Below are positions 39,396-49,290 of a stretch of DNA of 64,000 nt, in pieces. The stretch covers positions 5,766,001-5,830,000 of the forward strand of contig NC_043010.1 of assembly GCF_006345805.1 (NCBI RefSeq). Direction: 5' to 3'. The notes under the pieces were generated by a model. It was not told where the DNA came from, searched no databases, and worked only from the letters and a program-made list of their open reading frames with translations. Each line of letters begins with the position of its first letter. The first letter of the stretch is position 1. Both the position numbers and the translations under genes were made by a program. This stretch comes from Octopus sinensis (taxonomy: Eukaryota).

Positions 39396-39645
39396 ATATT
39401 CTGTTGTGTCTGGGGAGAGTCATTTTCTTTTTGTGCCTAATAATTTAACGCACTCACCGGTAAAATTTCCACTTTTTTCTTATTTTTATTTTCCTAAAAT
39501 TTTCGTTGCGTCTTGCAACCTTTTCAATAATCTTGACGAAAATTTTAGGAAAATAAAATAAGAAAAAAGTGGAAATTTTACCGGTGAGAGTGTTACATTA
39601 TAAGGCACAAAAAGAAAATAACTCTCCCCAGACACAACAGAATAT
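39396..39645. repeat. ~110-bp-arm inverted repeat of a Penelope-like element
   Basis: Arms at 39396-39506 and 39536-39645, with a 29-nt spacer. Confidence 0.9.
39493..39530 (-). ncRNA. minimal hammerhead motif with U3-A8 core variant
   Basis: Reads UUA-UUGAAAA-G-GUUGC(AAGAC)GCAAC-GAAA-AU-UU-UAG. Confidence 0.5.
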
Positions 39646-40077
39646 ATTATATTTCTTATTTCAGAAGTAGCTGATTAATCTTAGATTAATTTAACTAAGG
39701 TTATTTTTCCGTTTTGTTGGAATTGACTTACAATTTACGCAGACACTTACACGTGGGTTCTTATATAAGAGCAGCCTTTTTCGAAATGAGTTAAATGTAT
39801 GTCATAAACGATAGTTTTTCGAAAAGAGACTTCGATGGAAAATAATTAATTATAAACGGTGGGAGACCAATACTGAATTTACCTAATTTGCGAAGCTACA
39901 ACAAGAAATTCACGAAACAATTTCAAGTTACACTTAATAAATTATTCTATTGGCCTTGTTTACTATTTTGCTTAGAAAAGGGTCAAACTAAAGCGTTTGA
40001 CCCGGTCATAAAACAAACAAAAAAATAGAGTAAAAGGTGTAAAACAACTTGCTCTAAACGAATATGACAAAAGAAAT

Positions 40078-40101
40078 GCGCGCTCGCGAAAGGGGGCGGG
40101 G
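40078..40101. promoter_or_regulatory. CpG-rich motif cluster with GC box
   Basis: gcgcgctcgcgaagggggcggggc; motif match only. Confidence 0.25.
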
Positions 40102-40459
40102 CAGAGACCTCGGAAAATTCACATCTTCAGTCCATGGCCTTTAAATATTATGGAGTTGAATGTGTGTGGTGAAGTTATTAATATATCAATATCAATAGAT
40201 TAACCAACACCATTGAAGTGAAATAATAGTTTCTATACTTTTGGTTCGGCACTGCTGAATTGAGTCAAAGACTATATAATATAAGTCAGCAGAAAAAAAA
40301 AGAAGAATGCGATATCCAAAACAGTAAAGAAATAAGACCTCCACCAAACAGTAACCCTTGTGTTTAAAATCTCCCTAACAAAAAGAAGAGAGGTCGTTTG
40401 GCTATGGACTACATTGATCTTTCCATGTTGTGGTTTAGCCACTATTTAAAAAAAAAAAA

Positions 40460-40618
40460 AATAATAATAATAATAAAAACATTGTGTACAGTGCTCAGGT
40501 GCACTACAATTCATTTAAAGTGTATGTATAATCAGTAGTAGTTTCGGCGGATTTCGGAAAACATGAGGGCCTTAAAGGATGCAGTGTCATGGCAGTCAAC
40601 AACTGACGCAGGCAGTTT
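40460..40618 (-). mobile_element. CR1/L2-type LINE 3' end
   Basis: Minus strand encodes KLPASVVDCHDTASFKALM..., followed by a short UTR and (TTA)n tail. Confidence 0.65.
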
Positions 40619-40982
40619 ACACTATTTTTTTCTTTTGTGCCCGGGTCAGACGCTTTTCAGTCAGAATGTTTGGAATGATAAAGGCTATGATGATTTAAAT
40701 AATTTACATATGGCTATGCTAAAGCACGAGCGGTCTCAAAAGGCATATAAAATCTTTGATAGATCTTGAAATATTCGGGAATGTCCGCATAGACTTACAA
40801 TTAGATGCACATAAAAATCAAAGCATACAACATCATAATGAGAAAGTCAGACGAAACAGATCCATTCTGCAACGATTTAGGCCTCCAGGAATCATCGTTT
40901 CGGGGTCATTTTGAATTGGAAGGCTGTAATAATCGTGAAAATTATAAAGAACTCGTATATTTAATCACTAATTATGACAAAA

Positions 40983-41372
40983 GAAAGCTGACCAGAAGAG
41001 AAATAATGCATTCGAGCTTTGGTGTTGGAGAAGACTTTTACGGATTCCATGGACAGCGAGGCTCACCAATGGAGAAGTTCTTAAGCAGATAAGGCCGAAA
41101 ATGTCGCTAGAAGCTAGGATCACCAAGCATAGATTGGCATATTTCGGTCATATTATGTGGAGAAAATCCCCGGAGAAGGACATCATGCTCGGAATGGTCA
41201 GTGGCAAGAGAGGAAGAGGCCGACCAAGAACCGGCTGGCTTGACACAATCAAGAGTGATACCGGAATGGACATGGCCAGTCTGAAGGAAGCGGCCCAGGA
41301 TAGAACTGACTGGAGGACACTGATCCATCGAGTAACCGAGAGTCGACTTCGACTGAGCGGATAGATAGATAG
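40983..41372 (+). mobile_element. young 5'-truncated RTE-BovB-like LINE
   Basis: Uninterrupted frame AFELWCWRRLLRIPWTAR...LAYFGHIM...GKRGRGRPRTGWLD...SRLRLSG*, (GATA)n tail, and 13-bp TSD aattatgacaaaa. Confidence 0.92.
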
Positions 41373-42079
41373 AATTATGACAAAAAAAATGGAAAGTCAT
41401 CTAGATGCGGTCCCTGTTATTTATGACATATTTCGTTTGAGATACGCGTGTGTGTGTTTCCTTAAATCCTTAAAAAATGTTTTAGCCCGAAGGCCGCGGC
41501 CATGCTGGGGCACCACCGCTGTTTAGTTACAAAAAAATATTTATTAAATCTGCCGGTCAAAATGAAAAGATCCCCAACACCAGATTATCCAAAATCGGAG
41601 CGTGTTCAGATTTGAGGGAAATTTAGCTATTCTTTTTAAGTGGGCTACAGTTTAGATATGTTTTTGTTTAGCCCTCGGTAGCACCTGATCGAGCAAAGAC
41701 GTTCCAGACTCCAAACTCTAGCCGTGACAATCCCGTCTTTCTTCCCATGTGCAGGAAATCTAGGACCAGATTATGTAAAGTGTCTTTTTTTTTTCCCCAA
41801 GACGGCGAAGTTAATGTTTGGGTTAAATTTGGCTGCTATTTTTAGCCGGTCAAATTGTGTTGTGCTGTGGTTACTGGGACCGTCACAGGTAAAACAATCA
41901 TAAAAACAAGCGAAGAACTACGTTTGCTACTCAAAGCAAAACAAACAACAAAAGCCAGCAACTGTGACCCGGTGGGGTCAAACAGTTTTGACCTCTCTCT
42001 CTCTCACCACCACCGCCACCCATTACAAAAACAACAACAGCTACAACAATCACCAGCAATAACGACAGTTTATAACTTC

Positions 42080-42590
42080 TTTCTCCCTCTCTACTCTCTT
42101 TCCCTCTCTCTGCTTGTCTTTCTGTCTTTCTCTCTCACTGTCTCCCTCTGTATGACTCTCTGTGTCTCGCTCTTTCTACCTCTCCTTCTGCTCTATCTGC
42201 CTGTCTTTCTCTCTGTCAACCCCTTCTCGTCTCTTTCTGCCTCCCTCGCCTCCTCTCTTACTTTGCATATCTCTCTCTCTCTCTGCTTGTCTGTCTCTGT
42301 TTCTCTCAAGTGTCTGCCAGTTTCTTTCTCTCTCTCTCTCTCTGTCTTCTGACCGTCTCTGTCCCTGTGTCTCTCTCTATTTGTCTGTCTTTCTGTCTAC
42401 CTCTCTCTCTCCCATCGCTCTCATTCTTTTTTTTATCTGATTTTTGTCTCATCCTCTGTCTCTCTTTCTGTTTCTCTCTCTGCTTCTGTCAGTCCGTCTG
42501 TCTGTCTGTCTGTCTGTCTTTCTCTCTCTATCTCTCTCTATCTCTCTTTCCGCTCTCTGTCTGTCTGTCTGTCTTGCTTTCTCTCTCTTC
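42080..42590 (+). repeat. ~500-nt (CT)n/(CTGT)n polypyrimidine tract
   Basis: Read directly from the sequence. Confidence 0.9.
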
Positions 42591-42595
42591 ACCAG

Positions 42596-42685
42596 ATGAG
42601 AGATGAATGTATTTGAAACTGTTGTCCCTCATGTAAATAAGACAACACGAACTGATGACAATATTGAAAGCGATATTAATTGTAG
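42596..42685 (+). CDS. candidate first coding exon (ATG 42603: MNVFETVVPHVNKTTRTDDNIESDINC...)
   Basis: Very strong acceptor ...ctctcttcaccag| and donor TAG|gtaagc; the ORF runs from the ATG to the donor. Confidence 0.4.
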
Positions 42686-42774
42686 GTAAGCTTTGAATGA
42701 GCCAAGATAAAAAACATTCTAGAAATGACCGTTCCGTCTTGTGGCAGGGGATATATATATATATATATTGGACT

Positions 42775-43735
42775 GAGATCTTTTCACTTTGGCCGACAGA
42801 TTTTTAAAATAATTATGTGTAACTAAGCACTTTTAAATTTCGACAAACAAGGCACTGTCATGGTATTAGCTGTCAGAAGTGAAAGTAGAAAAATCTGACG
42901 TCAACTTCGTTAATTTACGCCGTTTATTTACACACCACGTTTGTATATTCTATACATTTATGTGTAAATATAAATATATACATATGCATATACACACATA
43001 AATACACACATACACATTCATATATACATACATACATACAAACATACATGCATACGTACGTACATACACGCGTACGTACATGTGCATGGTGTGTATGTAC
43101 GTATATACATATGTGTGTGTATGGATATGTGTTTGCGTGTATAAATGTATGTATATATATGTGTGTGTGTGCCTGTTGTTTGTGTGTACTGTAGTTGTGT
43201 GCTGTTGTTTTCGTTGTTGTTATTGTTGCTCTGTGTGTGTGTGTGTGTGTGTGTATGCACACAAACATACATATACACATGGTGACCCGCATGGTTGCAG
43301 TTCAATGACTGAGAAAGTAAAATAATAAGTTTATGCACACACACGCGCGTGTGTGTGTTTGATGTGATTGAGATGTGGTGATTGTGCCTGGTTACGAAGG
43401 TGGACAAGTGACGTCAAATTGACGTCACACTTTTTCACTTTCCTCCTGACAGCTAATATACCATGACAGTGCCACAAAAGGCAATATACACTGCCGGAAA
43501 TTCTTGTTGACAAACAACAGCAGTAATTGTATTCACCTTAATAAACGTCATTGATTGGTTGAAATTGCCGAAATACGAGAAATTTAACAACAAATAGCTT
43601 ACAAACTACAGAATTTTCTCAAGAAAGCCAAGCAAAAAATGTTTTATGTGACACATTCTACCAGTATACGAAGTTTAAAAGTGTTTAGTTACAAAAAATT
43701 ATTTTTTAAATCTGCCGGTCAAAGTGAAAAGACCC
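42775..43735. mobile_element. non-autonomous DNA transposon with ~65-bp imperfect TIRs
   Basis: gagatcttttcactttggccgacaga... versus ...tctgccggtcaaagtgaaaagaccc. Confidence 0.75.
42851..43473. mobile_element. nested TIR element GGCACTGTCATGGTA..., flanked by ACAA on both sides
   Basis: Inverted ends of ~55 bp containing TGACGTCA. Confidence 0.7.
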
Positions 43736-43771
43736 ATCATTTCAAATTGATTTGGCTCAACCAATAGCTAT

Positions 43772-44147
43772 AGGGGCTAATGCAGAATCGCACCTCTTTG
43801 AAAAATGAATTTTTGTTCCTACCTTTAACAGAGATTCCGAATATGCAAAAATATTAGCAGAATCCAATTTCATCTTTATTACATTTCACTTATGATTTTT
43901 AGACTTTTCTAAGGGAGAATGAGGATGGGAAAGTACTGGCGTTTCGAAGAACAAAGAATAATACAAACAAGACACTTATTTCAGGTTCATCTCTACACAG
44001 CCATTTTTTATTCCCTGCTTATTCTAGGTCATACAGGGGTGATTGCATATTCAGAATCTCCAATATGTAAATCGTAGGAATACGAAAAATTTTTACTAAA
44101 AAATTGTCGGGGGCGGGGAAAAAAATTCATTGCATACCCAACCCCTT
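43772..44147. mobile_element. decayed MITE (possibly Kolobok-like)
   Basis: 17/18 subterminal inverted repeat (43831-43848 vs 44043-44060); AGGGG.../...CCCCT|TAA ends. Confidence 0.45.
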
Positions 44148-44326
44148 AAGTCATCGCACGCCACTGATATATATATATACATACATACACACATATACAT
44201 ATATATATACATACATACACACACACATATATATATATACATAAACACACATATATATATATACATACACACACACATATATATATATACATACACATAT
44301 ATATATATATATACATACACACACAC

Positions 44327-44371
<45 letters not shown>

Positions 44372-44385
44372 TATATATATATATA

Positions 44386-44458
<73 letters not shown>

Positions 44459-44599
44459 TATAATATATATATATATATATATATGTTATGTATGTATATA
44501 TATATATATGTTTATGTATGTATGTATATATATATATATGTTTATGTATGTATATATATATATATGTTTATGTATGTATATATGTATATATATGTTTAT

Positions 44600-44664
<65 letters not shown>

Positions 44665-45095
44665 TATACACACACATACACATACATTCGTACATGTTTG
44701 TGTGTCTAAGAGATTGTAATAGACAAGATGTAATCTTCCTGGTCTTCCGTCTGGAGTCTGGTCCCTTGTGTACAAATGGTGATATTTTAAGTACCACACA
44801 TATATAATTATATCAAGTAGAATATGATAGTATCTCTGTTGTGATATCCTCATGATAGTTATTATGGTCATCACAGGTGTCAGATTTGTCTTCATCATTG
44901 TTATCATCACCATCGTCATAATCACTACCATAACTACTACTATCACAAAGACGATAACCATCACCACCACCAGTATCATCATCATTGTCCTCATGACTAC
45001 CATCAATGTAATCACTACCACTACTACCATCATTATAATCATCATCATCATCATCAATAACATAACATGATAAACATTATCTGTCACTATAACAA

Positions 45096-45645
45096 TGTAT
45101 GCTGTGCGTGGGAAGACCCGGCAGGACAAGTGAGACCATAACCCGTGACCCTACCTGGGACGTAGCCAGCCCACTTATGCATACCGTTCCTTCTTGTGAC
45201 ACAAACCCTACTTGTGAAGACCTGTTGAGGCAAGTGAAAATCAAAATCGAAATCTTTCAACATCAATGGAAATTGTAGCTGAGATACCAGTGCCAGTGGC
45301 ACGTAAGAGAACCGTCCGAACGTGGCCGTTGCCAGCGCCGCCCCGACTGGCCTCCATGCCGGTGGCACGTGAAAAGCACCGTCTGATTGTGGCCATTGCC
45401 AGCCTTGTCTGGCCCCCGTGCCGGTTGCATGTAAAAAGCACCAGCCTCGTCTGGCACCTGTGCAGGTGGCACATAAAAAGCACCCACTACACTCTCGGAG
45501 TGGTTGACTTTAGGAAGGCATCCAGCTGTAGAAACACTGCCAGATCAGACTTGGCCTGGCGCAGCCTCCTGGCTTCCCAGACCCCAGTTGAACCGTCCAA
45601 CCCATGCTAGCATGGAAAGCGAATGCTAAACGATGATGATGATGA
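45096..45645 (+). mobile_element. RTE LINE 3' end (ORF tail YAVRGKTRQDK* plus 3' UTR with tandem units)
   Basis: Shares the family C tail; imperfect TSD ataacaa(c)tgtatg. Confidence 0.85.
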
Positions 45646-45649
45646 TAAC

Positions 45650-46030
45650 AACTGTATGGTGATGGAGTTGGATTTATGAACACTATTTGTCACATTGGCC
45701 ATTGCTTGGAGCTATAGTAACATTATGAAACATTTTCTGTCATCAATAGTAACCGTTCATAGAGATGTGGTAACACTGTAAACACTCTTGGTTGCCATAG
45801 CAACTGTAAGGAAATGCTCTGGCATCTATTTGAAGATGTGACATAATGATAATTATCTATTTCCATAGCAACTGTAGGTAGATGTAGCTGAATTATGAAC
45901 ATTATCTGTCATCATAGCAACTCTTTTGACATGTAGCGAGATAGATGAGCATTATTTGTCACTGTAGCAACTTTATCGGAGATGTGGGATTTTGGATGCT
46001 GTCTGTCGCCATAGTAACTGTAGAGATGTA
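45650..46030. repeat. degenerate ~50-bp minisatellite whose conserved core is an X-box-like palindrome
   Basis: Cores start at 45689, 45739, 45791, 45859, 45908, 45958 and 46005. Confidence 0.75.
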
Positions 46031-46835
46031 TAGACATAAAGAAGACTGAAGTCTCATTAAACTGTTTTGCAGTTACTTATTTCTTGCAATCTATTTGAAA
46101 TAAAAGATACAAAAGAGTAGAAAGGAAAGATAAGAAAGAAAGAAAGAAAAGAAAGAGAGAGAGGAAGAGGAGGGAAGGGAGAGAGATTAGAAGATAGAGG
46201 AAGAGGGGAGTAAGAGAAAAGGGAGGAGGGATGAGAGAGAAGGAGTGTAGAAAATAGTGAAAGTGAGGAATGAGAGAAAGAGAATGTTAAGATGTGAGAG
46301 AGAGAGAGAGGGAAAGAAAGAATGGAGGAGAGGGGTAAGAGAAAAAGAAAGGCAGGATGAGAGAGAGAAAAAGATGGAGAGAGAAGAAAAAAGGGAGAGA
46401 GATGAAGTAAGAAAGAGATGGAGTGCTTCCAATCTTTTACAAAAAACAGCTCAGGAGTTGGTGTAGTTTTTACATTATTTAGTTTGTGTGCATCAGCATT
46501 CTGAGTTCAAACCTTGCCTTGTCTAAATATACTTCTCTTAACACTTAAGTGTATCAAAATAACTACAGGTTATTTTTTGTTGTTGTTATGGTTTTAGCTC
46601 CAGGTCAACCTTGACTGAGCAGAATTAAGATCAAAGATTCACCAGTTGTGAGTTGCCTGTCTCTAGTTTTACACACAGTCTTTCTAAGATTATATTGATC
46701 CAACTGGCAAAATTGCCTGTTTATCTATATATCTGTCTGTCTTTCTGTCAGTTTATCAAGCAAACTATCTGTCTGTATATATCTATCTAGCTATATATAT
46801 ATATGTACATATATATATGTAGCTATATATATGTA

Positions 46836-47218
46836 CAGGAGTGGCTGTGTGGTAAGTAGCTTGCTAACCAACCACATGGTTCCGGGTTCAGTCCCACTGC
46901 GTGGCATCTTGGGCAAGTGTCTTCTGCTATAGCCCCGGGCCGACCAATGCCTTGTGAGTGGATTTGGTAGACGGAAACTGAAAGAAGCCTGTCGTATATG
47001 TGTATATATGTATGTGTTTGTGTGTCTGTGTTTATCCTCCTAGGTTTGTGTGTCTGTGTTTGTCCTCCATGCTGGTGTGTTTACATCAAAAAGAGACCGA
47101 TAGAATAAGTACTGGGCTTACAAAGAATAAGTCCTGGGGTCGATTTGCTCGACTAAAGGCAGTGCTCCAGCATGGCCGCAGTCAAATGACTGAAACAAGT
47201 AAAAGAGTAAAAGAGAGT
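46836..47218 (+). mobile_element. SINE family A with internal deletions
   Basis: Consensus match. Confidence 0.88.
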
Positions 47219-47450
47219 ATCTAGAAAATTACAGATAATAGAAATATTAAAATTAAAATAACAATAATATACAGATGATTAAGTAAATTGCAAAATAATA
47301 AAAAAAAAACGTATATATTTGGTACCAAATATATACGTTTTTGTTATAATTTTATTTTTATCTATTATTATTATTTTGCAATTTACTTAATCATCTGTAT
47401 ATTATTGTTATTTTAATTTTAATATTTCTATTATCTGTAATTTTCTAGAT
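47219..47450. repeat. perfect 83-bp inverted repeat enclosing a 38-bp perfect palindrome
   Basis: Arms 47219-47301 and 47368-47450; palindrome 47305-47342; a single-copy homolog lies at ~55281-55410. Confidence 0.92.
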
Positions 47451-47945
47451 GGTGTAATTTAATTGTTCATTTTGAATTGTCTGACAGCTAGTCAAAATGC
47501 CTTGTAGTATTATTTGTTCTGGCTGTATAGCGTCCAACCCATGCTAGCATGGAAAGCGGACACTAAACGATGATGATGATGTATGCATTATGAGTTCAGA
47601 TATCTCTCAGATCAATTATACCGTGCATCCTCTCGGGGTTGTAAAAATAAAATAGCAGTTCATGACAGTCTGTTGATAGAATTTGCTAGAGCTTTAAAAT
47701 GCTTTGCTGTCTTGGTTCAAGGTCTTTATTTTCTGAGTGTCGAGACATATGTAGCACACTTGTCTGCGTCTAGCAGACATAAAGGAGTTTTTCTCCCATG
47801 AAAATTCCAAGACAAGTACATAGGCCTTATCAAGTAAGTCCCCAGGGACTTGATAGCAATAAAAAAAATGTATGTCAGTATTTGTGTGTTTGTGTTTGTG
47901 TGTGTGTCTGCATGTTTAACTATATAGACAGAGAGAAATAGATAG

Positions 47946-48035
47946 TTACATACATACACATACACACACACATACACACACATACATACACACATACATA
48001 CACACATACATACACACATACATACACATACATAC

Positions 48036-48066
<31 letters not shown>

Positions 48067-48330
48067 CATACATACATACATACATACATACATACATACA
48101 TACATACATACATACATACATACATACATACATACTTACACACATACATACATACATACACACATACACACATACATACATACATACGTACATACGTACA
48201 TACATACGTACATACATACATACATACATACATACTTACATACATACTTACATACATACATACATACGTACATACATACGTACTTACATACATACATACA
48301 TACAAACATACATACATAAATACATACATG
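47946..48330. repeat. (TACA)n microsatellite
   Basis: Read directly from the sequence. Confidence 0.95.
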
Positions 48331-48881
48331 TATATATGTACTTGTAAATGTAAAGAATTACAATAAATAAGATGAAAAATGTATTAAGTTTCTTGTATGA
48401 TGGTTAAAATTAATAGGTGTCCCAATTCTCCCAATTCTAACTGCACTGCAAAATTCAGCAGTTCAAATTGCTATTAAAGAAAGTATCAAATTCTTCACAT
48501 ATACATCTTTGTGTAACTCAGTTTTCTTGCATATTATGTGTGATAAGCTAAAATGAGTTTGTGTTAAAGGAATCATGAAGAGTTTTTGATTTTTTTCAAT
48601 AAATATCTCAAAAAAGAAGACCATTGGTTCTTAGAGTGATATTATGTTTGGATTAAATCTGATCTTCATTGCATATATAAATATTGTATGTATTGTATAT
48701 TTAAATATATGCATATCTGAATATATACAGATGTGTAGCATAGATATGATTTTTACTACTATTTTGATTCAATATTTGCAAGTAATATCTATGTCTATAT
48801 TTGCATACGCACTTATTTGTGTGAATGAGAGTGTATCTATGTATATGTGAATATGTATGTATATATATTTGTGTATATGTA

Positions 48882-48921
<40 letters not shown>

Positions 48922-48954
48922 GTATGTACGCAGGCATGTATGTATGTATGTATA

Positions 48955-49290
48955 GTGAAGGCACATGGTTAGAGCGTCAAGCTTACGATCATGAGGTTGT
49001 AAGTTCAATTCCTGGACCGGGCTACGTGTTGTGTTCTTGAGCAAGACACTTTATTTCACATTGCTCCAGTTCACTCAGCTGTAGAAATGATTTGCAACAT
49101 CACTGGTGCCAAGCTGTATCGGCCCCTTTGCCTTTTCCTTGGATAACATCAGTGGTGAGGAGAGGGGAGGCTGGTATGCATGGGCGACTGCTGGCCTTCC
49201 ACAAACAACCCTGCTCAGATTTTTGCCTCGGAGGGTAACTTTCTAGGTGCAATCGCATGGGCATTCATGACCAAAAAGGGTCTCCTTCTC
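48955..49290 (+). mobile_element. SINE family E (related copies at ~50415-50695 and ~56615-56780)
   Basis: tRNA-like head with agttcaattcc and core ttgagcaagacactttatttcac..ctccagttcactcagctg. Confidence 0.75.

Larger units (their letters stand above)
39800..41420 (+). pseudogene. fragmented hAT (Tip100/ZMYM1-like, TTF/DUF4371-type) transposase remnant
   Basis: Pieces: SFSKRDFDGK..IINGGRP (~39800-39955); VWNDKGYDDLNNLHMAMLKHERS, HNEKVRRNRSILQR and LQESSFRGHFE..NNRENYKELVYLITNYD (~40645-40982); KMESHLD (~41386-41420). Confidence 0.75.

Noticed and set aside
41855-42606. 165-aa and overlapping Leu/Ser-rich membrane-like ORFs
   Set aside because: They derive from the (CT)n/(CTGT)n tract.
42652-42678. 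CUGAUGA...GAAA hammerhead-like string inside the candidate exon
   Set aside because: Stem II would be at most 2 bp and stem I does not pair, so it is likely chance.
44150-44166. gcacgccactg as the right TIR of the hAT fossil at 39.8-41.4 kb
   Set aside because: No matching left TIR or TSD was found, so the link cannot be supported.
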